Assembly: GCA_004431415.1 (NCBI GenBank) | Contig: QPMI01000054.1 | Span: forward strand, 62,001 to 126,000 | Direction of reading: 5' to 3' | DNA length: 64,000 nt | DNA from: Cyanophora paradoxa CCMP329 | Lineage: Eukaryota; Plantae; Glaucophyta | Part shown: in pieces, positions 13,653-25,040 of the stretch | Layout of the letters: the number at the start of each line of letters is the position of its first letter | Position numbering within the stretch: the first letter of the stretch is position 1 | Notes under the pieces: model-generated | What the model was told of the DNA's origin: nothing | The model's database searches: none | The model's input: the letters and a program-made list of their open reading frames with translations, nothing else | Translations under genes and position numbers: made by a program

Positions 13653-16020
13653 TTACTGGAAGAGGAACTTGAGGCCCTTGGTGGAGAGGTAGTCCTTGGC
13701 GGACTTGCCCCCGAAGAGCGGCTCGAAGCGCGGCTGCCCCGGCGCCCGTCAGGAAGAGGGGGGGGAGGAGAGGAGAGGAGAGGGGAAGGGAGGGCCGACC
13801 TTGGAGGCCCAGTATATCTCCTTCATCTCCTTGTCGCCCTGCGAGGGGTTTCGCATTCCGGGCCCGGAGGAGAGCCAGGGGGGCACGGCGCGCACGAGCT
13901 CGTCGGCGATCTTGTGGAGGGCGTCGACGACCATGTACCCGGCCTCGCCGTTCAGGGCCTGCGAGAGGGGGCGCGGGCTCAGGAACCAGGAGGGGCAAAA
14001 GGAAGAGAAAGGGCGTCGCGGTGGATCGAACCAGGGTCTCGGGGAAGAGGTCGACGATGTCGGCGAGGTCGAGGAACTGGCCGGCGACGGCGAGGCCGAG
14101 GAACTCGCCCGTCAGCTTCGGCGCGTCCGGCAGGTCCAGCTGCGAGCGGCGTCAGGCCCCCGAGAGGAGCTTCTTCTCCTCTTTCTTCTTCTTCTCCTCC
14201 GCACCTTGAGGTCCATGACGGAGTCGAGGACGCGCTCGAGGCCGCGCTCCAGCGACTGGCGCGAGACCGCTGAGCGCTTGCGGAGCGCCCCGATGAGCTT
14301 CGAGATCTCCCCCAGCTCCTGCGCCCGCCGCACGTCGGACGCGCCCTTTAAACAAGAACACTCTCTTCTTCCGCTCACCTTGGAGCGCTTCTTCTCGAGG
14401 GCGATGGTGATGGTCCTCTTGATGACGATCGGGGCGACCTCGGCCTGCGACCGCGAGGCGTCAGAGGCCGCCGCCTTCGCTCTAACTTCTTCTATTCTCT
14501 TCTCTCTCCCTTCCTCCTACTTCTCTTTGGGTGTCGGGGGGAGTGCTGCTCCGGCGCACCTCCGAGTCGCCCTCGCCGTCGTCGCCGCCGGTCATCCAGA
14601 GCTCCTCCATCGAGCGCACCGCCTCGTCCACCGCGCCTGGGCCCTCCGCGTTCAGCAGGTACTCCCCCACGATCATGTCCACCTGACCGAACCGGGTCGC
14701 ATCACGGGGCCGGGGCGGCGCTGAGCGGTGCACACCTCCTTCTTGAGGCGCTCGGCGATGTTGCTCTGCACCGACGCCGGCAGCGGCGACGGGCTCCGCT
14801 TGTCCCTGCCCGGGCGGGTGAGGGGCCAGGCGTGGCGCGGGCCGGGAGGGGCTCACTTGGGCGGCTCGCGGTCAGTGGCGCGGCCGCGGCCCTCGGAGAC
14901 GGGGCCCACGCGCTCCCACTTGTCGGCTTCCGCGCCGCCGGAGCGGCGAGGGGGCGAGGCCGCGCGGCGCGGGGGCGAGGCGGCACGGCGGGGAGGGGAG
15001 ACCCGGCGGGGCGGAGAGGCCCGGCGCGGTGGCTCCTCGGCGGGGACGGGTACGCCCTTCTCCTTGAGGACCTCCTCGCGGGGCTTGGCGGCCCCGAACG
15101 GGTTGGACTTGGGCTTACTGGCCGCCGCCTGGGGCGGCGGGGACGGCGCGTTCGGCTTCGCCTCCGGCGAGCGCGTCTCGGGCAGCGGCGCCGTGCGCGG
15201 CGCCAGCTTGAGGCGCGGGCGGTCCGCTCCGCCGGCGGCGCCGCCGCGCGGCTCGTCGCTCTCACGGTCCTCGCCGCCGCGGGTCGAGCCCCAGGACTTG
15301 CCGCGGTCGCCGCCGGCACTGCGCGTGCACGACGGCTCAACCGGCGTCGGCAGCACCGAGCCGGGCGCCGCGGCGCGGGCCGGGCGAACGCACTCGAACT
15401 CCCGGCGCCCGCCACCGAAGCCGCGGTCCCGATCGCCGCCGCCGAAGCCGCGGTCCCGATCGCCGCCACCGAAACCGCGGTCCCGATCGCCGCTGCCGTC
15501 GTAGATAAGAGAAGGAGAGAAAGAAGGCGATGGAGAGAATTGATCCGGAGGAGCCGAGAGCCGCACCGGTCCTCGCGCTCACGGAAGCCGCCGCCGAACC
15601 CGCCGCGGTCGCGGTCGCGGCCGCCGAAGCCGCCGCGGTCGCCGGAGCGCCAGTCCCCCTCGTCCGCGCCCCCGGCATCGCGGTCCTTGTCGAACCCGCC
15701 GAAGCCGCGCCGCGGGCCGCCGTCTCGGTCGCCTCGGTCGCCAAAGCCGCCACTTGGACCTTCCCGATCACGCCAGTTAGATACGTCCTCGCCGCCGGGC
15801 CCCTCGCGGTCCCCGTAGCGGTCGCTGCAACAGGGCGTGAATCGGACGCCCCGCGGCGCTCGAGCGGGAATGCAACGGACTTGCGACCGCCCCCGTAGCG
15901 CGAGCCCTCATCGCGGATCTTGAAGCCTGCGCGAGGACGCGATCAGTGTCCCGGAGGCAACCATGTGGCAGCAGACAGATTCGGGTGAGGCGCGAGGGAC
16001 TCACCGCGGCGATCTGACAT
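13653..16020 (-). CDS. Plant-type eIF4B-like protein with C-terminal MA3 (MI) domain
   Basis: MSDRRGF start; D/R/G/F-rich region; RPRLKLAPRT and KPKSNPFGAAKPREEVLKEKG motifs; spliced in frame to LKKEVDMIVGEYL...DEAVRSMEEL...IALEKK...SLERGLERVLDSVMDLKLDLPDAPKLTGEFLGLAV; stop TAA at 13653-13655. Confidence 0.85.
15415..15495 (-). repeat. 27-nt coding tandem repeat, about 3 copies (GDRDRGFGG)
   Basis: Unit ccgaagccgcggtcccgatcgccgccg and variants, inside the eIF4B-like exon. Confidence 0.8.
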
Positions 16021-16395
16021 TACGCAAAAGGGAGGAACATACGGCAATCAGATCGGGGCGCGAGAGGCGGGCGGGACGCTCGGGACGGATTGGCGTCCCG
16101 TTCGCGACAGACGCACCGTACGACTCCTCATTACCTTCCCTGAAACGCGCAAAAGACGTCAGCGATGCCTACAATCGACGCTCTGCGACGCCGCGATGTC
16201 TGCTTACCGCTCGACGGGCGCCTTCGGCAGACCGACGGGCTCGACGGCCCCGAGGTCTGCCAGGCTCATTTTCGTTCCCTTGAACTTCTTCGCCATCTTT
16301 CTGAGTGGCGGAGTCCTTCTTGCTGCTTGCAGCTGGCTTCTTCTTGGGGTACGACGCCAAACAGGAAGCTAGCGCGGTGCACAACAAGCGGCGCT

Positions 16396-18217
16396 ATGTT
16401 TGTCTCGTTGGCTGCCCCGATACACCGCCACGAACGCTGGCCTCTCAGCCAGACGCCGGCGGACCCGCGACCTGGGCAGATCGCCCGGCTCAGACGCCCC
16501 GCAACCCGGGCGCCGTCTTGCGGTGGCGCGACGCGCTCAAGCTTCGTCGCTGTAGCCTCGGCGTCTTCGACGTCCGACGTATCGCCGACGGCCGCTCCGA
16601 AGGTGTTAATCACTGGCGGGTGCGCGCCGTGCGCCCAGGTCGGGCCCCTAGATCTAGCTCGGGCTGCGCGAGCCCCTAGCCGCGCGAATGGGCGCATGGG
16701 CATGCGCGCAGGGGCGCAATCTCACTCGGGCGCGCCGTCAGCTACTCGGGCATCGGCCTCGAGACGGCGCTGCAGCTGGCGCGGGCCGGCGCCGACGTCC
16801 TCATCGCCGGCAGGGACGAGGAGCAGGCGCAGCGGGCCGCGGAGGACGTGCGAGCGAGGGCCGGCGACGCGGCCGGGCCAGTCTCAGCAGCGAGGCTTGA
16901 TCTCTCCTCGCTCGCATCCGTGCGGGCCTTCTGGCGCGCGGTACCCCGTCCCACGCCTCGCAATGTACCCCCTGAAAGCTTCCTCCAGCGCGGAGTACGT
17001 CGACTCCGGCCGGCCCCTGGACGTGCTCGTCAACAATGGTACTCTCCAGGCCACCCGCCCCTCTGGGCACTATGGCACCCTCTCATCGCGTGTACCCCCC
17101 AGCGGGCTGCATGATGACCCCCTTCGAGCTCACCGAAGACGGACTGGACAGGTGCGGTTACGCCCCCCCACCCCCCGCATTCCACCGAGGCATCGCTTTA
17201 TGTACCCCCCTGATGCCCTCCTCAGGCAGTTCCAGGTGCGGCGCTTACGAGCTGAACGCGGTACCCGCCCCCAGAGCGAGCCTCAGGTGAACCACGCCTC
17301 GCACTTCCTCATGACCGAGCTGCTCCTGGAGCGGCTCAACGCCTCCCCCCTCGGCGGCCGCGTCATCAACGTCTCCAGGTAAGACTTACCCCCGCCGCCC
17401 CCGCCGATCGATCGGGGCGCGACGCGACGCTCCGCAGCATTGCTTCGTATTACAGTGACATCCGTACCCCCGACGATTTTGAGAGGGCGGCGCGCCCCAC
17501 CCCCGCGCAGCACGGTCCGCCGCCGGCCGCCCGCCCCTCGACAGCCCTTTCCATCGCGGACGCACTGATCCTTGACCCGCCCGGCCCGCAGGGCGCTGGT
17601 CCCACTACTGCCACAGCAAGCTCGCGCAGGTGCGCGGTAGCGGGGTACGCTGTTGAACCGCGTTCCCAGGCCTAATGCCGGGGGTACAGGCGATGCACGC
17701 CGCGGAGCTGCAGCGCCGGCTCGACGCTACCGGATCCAGCGTGACCATCAATGCGCTGCACCCCGGTAGCCCCCGCACCCCCTCTTCTCCCCTCCCAAAC
17801 TCACGGGGGGTACAGGGATCATCGCCACGCGGCTGCTCTCGCGGCCTTGGAACTGGTGGTACGGCGCGCCCTTCGTGGTCAGTGGCCCGCTGCCTCGCCC
17901 CTCTCTCAAGTCGCTGAATGCGCGCGTGCGCCAGGTGCTGTTCCCCCTCTTCCTGGCGTCGGGGTACATCAAGACGGCGGACAAGGGCGCCCGCACCCCC
18001 GTCTACCTCGCCTCGTCCCCGGAGGTGCCCCGGGGACGCCGGGGCAGGTCCCTGGGCCCTTCTGATCACGAGACGCCCCGGCCCGGGGCGGCAGGTGCGG
18101 GGGCGGGGCGGGCGCTTCTTCGTGGACGAGGCGGAGCGGGAGGCGGCGGGGCCCGCGCTGGACCCCGCCCTCTGCGCCGCCCTCTGCGACTACACCGCCG
18201 CCCTCGTCGGCCTCTAG
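16396..18217 (+). CDS. Short-chain dehydrogenase/reductase (RDH/Tic32-like), probable plastid transit peptide
   Basis: Spliced TGGYSGIG, LDLSSLASVRAF, LDVLVNNAG, VNHASHF, catalytic YCHSK, NALHPG, GARTPVYLASSPEV; Ser/Arg/Ala-rich N-terminal extension starting MFVS. Confidence 0.92.
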
Positions 18218-18308
18218 CCTCATCCGACGCAGTACTAGTGAGTCTTGATCTACGGCTCAGTGGACATCCAGATATATCCAGATATCCATGTTTAAATTTT
18301 GTGTTGTT

Positions 18309-18370
18309 GTTACATCATCCTTGCTCGAATCTGAGGCGCTGTTACATCATCCTTGCTCGAATCTGAGGCG
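18309..18370. repeat. Short direct tandem duplication between converging 3' ends
   Basis: gttacatcatccttgctcgaatctgaggcg present twice back-to-back. Confidence 0.85.
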
Positions 18371-18551
18371 AGCGCCCTGTGAAGAGATGGGCGCCCGATC
18401 GAGCCCTGCAAGCACACCAAGGCGCACTAACGCGGCTGCTGGCTGAGAGCTGGCGGGAGGGTCGGGGAGGGGGCCGAGAGGAGGGGCGAAGCGGGTCCTA
18501 TACAGCGGGCGGGGCCTGGCTGGGCGGAGAAGACGGGCGGAGGCCCCGCGC

Positions 18552-19574
18552 TCACTTGCGGGAGCGCTTGGCCTTGCCCTTCTTGGCCGGCGCCTCCTCC
18601 TCCTTCTCCTCCTCCTCCTCCTTCGCCGCCTTCTCCTCCTTCGCCGCGGCGGCAGCCTTGCCGCGCCCCTTCGGCTTCTCCGCCTCCTTCGCCGGCTCGG
18701 GCGCCTTGGCCGCCGCCGCCGGGGCCGGGGCCGGGGCCGGTGCGGCGGGCGGGGCCGGCGCGGCGGGCGCCGCCTCCTCCTCTTCCTCCATCTCGTCCTC
18801 GTCCAAGCCAAGCAGGTCGGCCTCCCTGCAGGCGGCGCGCGCGCTCGGCGGTCAGCGGTACGAACGCGGGCGGCGGAGACGGCGAGGCGAAGCGAGGGCT
18901 CACCAGAGCGCGCGCTTCTTCTTCGGCGGCTCGGCGGGGGCGGCCGCAGCCTGCGGGGACTCGGCGCGCGGGGAGGAGTCCTCGCCGGTGCCGGGGGATC
19001 CGGCCTCCTTCTCCTTCTGGCGCTGCGCCTCCTCGGCCTTGCGGCGGGCCTCCTCGGCGATGCCCTTGGAGATGGCGGTCTGCAGGCGCTCGGCGACCTG
19101 CTTCGCGTCCTGCGTGTACTTCACGTCGTCGAACTTGTGCTTCGGCTTCTCCTCGTCCGAGTTCTTCCCCGCCTTCGCCTTCGCCTTCTCGGGCCCGCCC
19201 TTCTCGACCCAGTCCTCGAGCTTCTTGTCCGCGTTCGCGTGCCGCAGCCGCCGGCCGTTCAGGTCCCGGCAGGCATCGAAGTTCGTCGTCTTCTTCTGGC
19301 CGACCTGGGTGCTGGCGCCACGGAGCAGCGAGCCGAAGCCTCCCTTGCCACCCACGAGCCGGAAGAGGACGCGGATGCAGGGCAGCGGGCCGAACTCGGA
19401 GGAGATCAGGCCACCGTCCACGAGCTCCTTAGTGCCACAGACGAGGCGCTGCTCGCCCGCGGGAAAGCCGTGGCGGTCCTCGATGGCCGCCTTGACGAGA
19501 CTGACCGGCACCTCATCCTCCGAGAACTGAAGACAGAACGAAGGCACCGAGGGGGGGCTGACGATCAGCTGCAT
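18552..19574 (-). CDS. SDE2: Splicing regulator SDE2 (ubiquitin-fold precursor)
   Basis: Ubiquitin-like N-terminus followed by the hallmark RLVGGKGGFGSLLR...KKTTNFDACRDLNGRRLRHAN; Lys/Glu/Ala-rich C-terminus ending KAKRSRK*. Confidence 0.95.
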
Positions 19575-19643
19575 TGCGCTGGCCGGAGGGCTGCAGAAAG
19601 ACAAGCCGCAGGGAAGGCACTGGGTACAAGATACAAGAAACCA

Positions 19644-20911
19644 ATGCCCGCATTCGCCACGCCGGCAGTCCTTCCAAGTGAGCCTTCGTTCATCGCGTCT
19701 TAGCTAGCGCGCTGAGATAGCTAGCCGCGTCGTGGCGGGTCGCTGAGCCGTTCTGGGCGCAGACGCGGCGAGCCGCGCTGGCGCCGAGGGGCTCCGCTCG
19801 GGCGTGCACGGCATCCGCCTGCACGAGTCCAGGCGGCGCGCAGCGACCGCCAGCACCCAGCACGCCCCGCACGCGTGCGCAAATGATAAGCTTGGCGCCT
19901 GGGCGTGCGCTCACTTGCCGAACTCCGCAGCGAGCCTCGCGGCCGCCGGTTGGAGGTCGTCGCGTCGTCCAGCCGCCCGGCGGCGACCGCGCCGCGCCGC
20001 GCGGTCCTGGCTGCCGCAGTCGCGGCGGCCGCGGCGGCGCTGCAGGCGGCGTCCGTCGAGCCGGCATACGCGCGGAACAAGCGGCAGAGCCCCCTGTTTC
20101 TCGACCTCGTCGTGCGTCGCCCGGCCCGCCCGCGGCCCGCGAATCGGACACAATTTGATCCGGCGACGGCGCGCGCGCAGCCGGTGTTGGAGCTGCGGCT
20201 GCAGGTGGAGTCGCTGGGCCCGCTGATTGACGCCGGCGAGGTCGCCATCGTCGGCTCGACGGTCAAGGCCGCCCTCAAGTCCCGCCGCGCCGAGCAGCTC
20301 CTCTACACCGCCGTGCGCCCCTACCCCCATCCGAACGCGTACTCCCTCTGAGCGAGCTTCGGACAGGCTGCGGGTTTGGATACGGACGAAGACGAGGAGA
20401 GGGCCCGCGCGCAGGCGCGCACCTTCATCGAGTACCTCTCGCAGGTACCCCCCGTACCCCCCCTTCTCCCTGTTCAGTACCCCATCCGACAGCGCCGCAG
20501 GTGGACGCGCAGGGATACTATGACTCCCGCGACCCGAGCGGCGCCGCCCAGGCCCGCCTCGCCGAATTCTCCAAGTGAGTCGTAACGTTAACCCATCTAC
20601 CCCCGCCACTGTACCCCCTCCCTCCGCCTGACCTGTACCCCTACCCATGTAGGAAGGCGCACACGGCCGCGCTCGCGGAGCTCGATAAGTTCCTCCGCCT
20701 CATGCCCGAGGAGCAGGTGCGGGGTATATGTACCCCCGGGCCCTTCGGATAACAAGGGGATACCCCTTAATAAGCTTCGAATTCGGATAACAAGGGGGTA
20801 CCCGGCCTGGCGGCGCCGGCTTAGCCTGATCAGCTGACGTCCGGATCCCGTTCTACCCCACTGGGCCAGGTCGAGGCGGCCCAGGCGCGCGTCCAGAAGA
20901 GCGATTTCTAG
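19644..20911 (+). CDS. Thylakoid lumen protein with bipartite transit peptide plus twin-arginine signal, helical (PsbQ-like) mature domain
   Basis: MPAFATPAVLP start; RRAVLAAAVAAAAAALQAASVEPAYA Tat signal with AxA cleavage site; mature part ends ALAELDKFLRLMPEEQVEAAQARVQKSDF*. Confidence 0.75.
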
Positions 20912-21595
20912 GCCATTGCGAATCTGAATTTGCGATTCTTCCACCCATACTCGACTCGCTAACATTTAGCGATAACATACTCCGCGCGCGGAGTCTCCGC
21001 CCCTATAGATCGTTTCCAAATTCCAAGACGTCGACGTCGACGTCCGACAATTGCAACATACATGTGTTCCGTGTGGAAATGATAACCGTTGAACCGTGTA
21101 CATGTGGAAATCACTTTTCCACACCAGGCCTCGTGTTGTTTTGATCACGCATATGCATGTGTCCTGGTGTGCCGCGGCCGGCTGTGTCGGCGCCTGGGCC
21201 CATGATCATGAGTCACACGAGATCTGGCCAATGCATATGGGCGCGCACATCGATTCGATATATCGATGTGCCGGCGCAAGCTGCCATGGCCCAGTGGCCA
21301 TGGCTAGGCCGCACGGCTAGCTAGCCTATAGCTAGTAGCGCTAGCTAGGGCGCTCCTAGGCCTAGGCTCCTAGCTAGCCGCGCGGGCTATATAGCTAGCA
21401 GCCGCTAGCTAGCCTCGAGCTCGCGGCTGTACATGTGCGCGAGCCAGGGATCCGGAGCGCTCGCATGCGCAGCCCGGAAGCAGCTGCTTCCGACCTCGAG
21501 CTTAATTTGTATAAGGCGATAGCGCACGAGGGTCCTGCAAATGACGAGGCAGCGCTAGCTCGGGCGGCTGCGCGCGCTAGCGCTGTGGCACATTC

Positions 21596-21748
21596 AGTAG
21601 TACCCCACCAAATTTACCGTCCCATACAAGCCTGAAAATTGCATGCCGACATAATTTGGGGACGTCATATTTCGCATAGAGAATTCGAAGGGTCGGGTTT
21701 TAAAACGACATAAATTTGACCGTCATATAATATTGTGTTTTACGGTAC
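21596..21748. mobile_element. Truncated copy (right part) of the TA-flanked MITE family at 23390-23660
   Basis: Closely similar to about 23515-23660 and ends in taatattgtgttttacggta. Confidence 0.7.
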
Positions 21749-21752
21749 TATA

Positions 21753-21769
21753 TTTTTTTGGTGAATTAC
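21753..21769 (-). mobile_element. 17-nt polyA-tailed insertion, GTAATTCACC(A)7, with 20-bp target-site duplication
   Basis: ttgtgttttacggtactata at 21733-21752 and 21770-21789 flanks tttttttggtgaattac. Confidence 0.75.
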
Positions 21770-22093
21770 TTGTGTTTTACGGTACTATAGCCGTCCTGGC
21801 CATGGCCATCATGGCATGGCGGCCAGCTGCAGCGGCTGAGCTCGTATATATATATATGCATATCCCTAGTGATTCCCATTCCTGTATACGTATAACTTAG
21901 TATTACTAAGTTACTAAGTTAGTAAGTATTCTGTATACGTACTTCCAGTATATGAACTTGCATGAATTCCCACAATTTCCCAGTATGAATCCCATATACG
22001 TACGGTCACCGGGTAACGTACCGGGTATACGACGACTATACGCGCGCGTACGTATACGTTATGAATCTTATGATATACGTATTATAACGTATA

Positions 22094-22392
22094 TACCGTG
22101 TAACAGAATATTAGTTAACGTTCGCGCATGATATTAATTAGTTCGGTACCAAATTAGTGCGGTTTTTGCCGTGAAAAGTTCACTGAAAACGCACTAATTT
22201 GAGACCACACTAATAAAAGGACGCTAAGAAAATGCCGTAGGGGTACGGTGTGTACCTCTCGCCCCATACACTGGTATTGAAAAAACGCACTAATTTGAGA
22301 CCGAACTACTGAGTCTGGTCGGGGTACCGGTCTGGGTCTCAGAGTCTAAAAACGAACTAATATCGTGCGAATTAATATTGTGTTACACGGTA
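22094..22392. mobile_element. MITE, Tc1/mariner (pogo/Tc2-like) type
   Basis: Ends TACCGTGTAACAGAATATTA ... TAATATTGTGTTACACGGTA (TA plus CCGT termini); internal repeats of gcactaatttgagacc. Confidence 0.8.
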
Positions 22393-22519
22393 AGTACCGT
22401 CACTACTACCGTGTCGCACTGACTCGCACATGTACAGAGTCGCCAGCTGCAGACTGCGCAGTGGCACCACTGCCGCACCAGCTGCAGCCTGCAGTGCGAC
22501 TCGCCAGACTAGTACTCGG

Positions 22520-22947
22520 TAGGGTTACCGTCCGACGGTCTGACGGTAATGTCGGTCCCCCAGGCTCCGACATCGACAATGTCGAATGTCAGGTGGATTT
22601 CGGTGCGATCCGACAGAGGGGGGGGGTAGGGGTTGACACGGGTTGTCTCCGCCGGCAGAATGCGCCATAAATTATAAATTAAGGCTTCTGGTGCTCCAGG
22701 AAGTTATTCCAAGCAGGTCTGAACACATTCCCCACCTTAGGAATGCATTGAAGCGTGGGTTCTAGGTGAGCGACGGGCCGGCGACGGCAGGGAGGGGGCG
22801 AGAAAAGCATTAAAAACTATTTAAAAATGCATTATTTTAATCATTATTTTCGACATGTCGGTCGCCCTCGCCGACACCGCACCGACATTCGACATTGATC
22901 ATGACGACCGTTTGACGAAGCTCCGAATTGTCGGTGCGGTAACCCTA
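22520..22947. mobile_element. hAT-like MITE, family 1
   Basis: TIR TAGGGTTACCG/CGGTAACCCTA; 8-bp TSD GTACTCGG at 22512-22519 and 22948-22955; homologous to 24328-24764. Confidence 0.9.
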
Positions 22948-22966
22948 GTACTCGGCCATGGCCAGA

Positions 22967-23354
22967 TAGGGTTGGGCTTTACCTTTACCGGTAAACAGAG
23001 GTATTACCTTTACTCGGTAATACTTTTACTTTACTCGGACCCCGTCCGAGTACTAGTAATACCCGAGTAAAACAGGGGGGGGTATACAAGCTAGCAGCGT
23101 GGGGAGTGCAGTTTAACGCACATAGCGTTGCTCGCGTTGAGTAATCGGCTAAGAGTAATGCCAGAACATGTATTGAAGCTTGTTGAAGTGCATGGGGCGC
23201 TCTTGGGGTGGGGAAATGGGAGGCCCTATGCCTGAGGGGGAGGGGGGGGGGCAGGGCCGCAGGGGGGTTTACTCGGTAATACTCGGGGTAATACTTTCAT
23301 TACTTTACCCTTTACTCTGCCGGACGGGGTATTACCCGGGTAAGCCCAACCCTA
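22967..23354. mobile_element. hAT-like MITE, family 2
   Basis: TIR TAGGGTTGGGCTT/AAGCCCAACCCTA; 8-bp TSD TGGCCAGA at 22959-22966 and 23355-23362. Confidence 0.9.
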
Positions 23355-23389
23355 TGGCCAGAGTCGCCGCCGTGGCCCAGTACTAGTAC

Positions 23390-23660
23390 TACCGTAGAAC
23401 ACAATATTAAGCTTAAGGTCTGTACTTTATTATGTCGTCCCGAAATTATGTCGCCTCGGACGGGACAAAACGACATAATTTGGGGACGTCATAATACGGG
23501 CTCGCTAAGCCGCCCCATACAGTACCCCCCAATTTTACCGCCCCATACAAGCCTGAAAATTTCATGCCGACATAATTTGGGGACGTCATATTTCGCATAG
23601 AGAAGGCTCGGGTTTTCAAACGACATAAATTTGCATGACATAATATTGTGTTCTACGGTA
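23390..23660. mobile_element. MITE, Tc1/mariner (pogo/Tc2-like) type
   Basis: Perfect 20-nt inverted ends TACCGTAGAACACAATATTA ... TAATATTGTGTTCTACGGTA. Confidence 0.9.
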
Positions 23661-24327
23661 GTGGGTCCGCCGGGCCGTGAGTCCCGTGACTCCGTGGCAC
23701 AGACTCGCACTACTAGTATATATGCTGCATATATGCATGAGCTTTGCCAAGTTGACAATGCAATGCCAACTTGCCAAACTTGAAAAAGTTGCCAAGCCTT
23801 GAAGTTGCCAACTTGAATTGGTTAGTCCGTTGGACCGGCCCGGGCCGGCGCCGGCGGCACCGGGCAGGCCGGCGGCCGCGGCGGTACTGTAGGTCCAGTG
23901 TAGGACGGCTTTTTTAGCCGTAATTTTAAATTGCCGTATAAATTGCCGAGAGGCCGAATTCGGCAATTCTAAGCATCGGCAATATTGCTGGGGGTAGGGG
24001 TGTTTTTAGGCTGCCATAGAGCGAAAGCCTGGATATCGATAATGGGCTGGATTCGGCAATTTATCGCCACGGTTTCGTAGTACCAGTCACTGAGTACAGA
24101 CTGTACAGTAGTGAGGGAGCGCTATCATACCGTAGTACCGCGGTACCGCCGTCACGGCGCCGTGATACCGGTACTCCGGCGGTAGTATACGCGCTACTAT
24201 AGCTACCGGTAGGCTGGCGCTCGCAGCGCGAGTCTCGCCGCGAGAGCGGCTCCAGCTGCAGCTGCGCATGCAGCCTGCAGGCTGCAGCCTGGCAGCTCAC
24301 TGAGCTCAGCGGCTACCGTACCGTAGA

Positions 24328-24764
24328 TAGGGTTACCGTATGTCGGAAATGTCGGTCACCCACCTTCCGACATCGACATTAAATATTGTCGAATGTCGGT
24401 TGGATGTCGGTGCGATCCGACAGAGGGGGGGGTAGGGGTCATCTCCGCCGGCAGAATGCGCCATAAATTATAAATTAAGGCTTCTGGCGCTCCAGGAAGT
24501 TATTCTAAGCATGTCTTAACACTTTCTTCACGTTGGGAGACCATAGGAGCGTGGGTTCTAGGTGCGCGACGGGCGCCCAACGGGCCGGCGACGGCATGGA
24601 GGGGGCGAGAAATGCATGCGCATTAAATATATATAAAATGCATTATTTATATTAATATTTCCGATATGTCGGATCGACATTCGGTCACCCTCGCCGACAT
24701 CGTACCGACATTCGAAATGTCGAACCGAATGTCGGAGCTTCGACATGTCGGTACGGTAACCCTA
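24328..24764. mobile_element. hAT-like MITE, family 1, nested in the end of another element
   Basis: TIR TAGGGTTACCGTA/TACGGTAACCCTA; 8-bp TSD ACCGTAGA at 24320-24327 and 24765-24772. Confidence 0.9.
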
Positions 24765-25040
24765 ACCGTAGAGCAGGAAAATACTGGACGCAGAAAAATA
24801 CTGGAGCCCGAAATTAGTGGACCGAAAACTTGACTCACTCCACTAATTTCGGGCTCCAGTATTTCTCTGCTGCTAAGCTGCCCCATACAGTACCCCCCAT
24901 AATTACCGCCCCATACAAGCCTGACAAGATTTTGGTCCACTAATTTCGGGCTCCAGTAGTTTGCCTAATTAAGGGAGGGCCAAGTTTTCTAGTCCACTAA
25001 TTTCCGGTCCGTTGTACAAATATATACAGATCTACCGGTA
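24765..25040. mobile_element. Probable TA-CCGTAGA-type MITE interrupted by the hAT-like element
   Basis: Reconstructed left end taccgtaga; internal inverted aatactggagcccgaaattagtgg motifs; shares the core ccccatacagtacccc...ccccatacaagcctga with 23390-23660. Confidence 0.55.

Noticed and set aside
22520-24764. TAGGGTT/AACCCTA as telomeric repeats
   Set aside because: Single copies forming TIRs with 8-bp TSDs, not tandem arrays.
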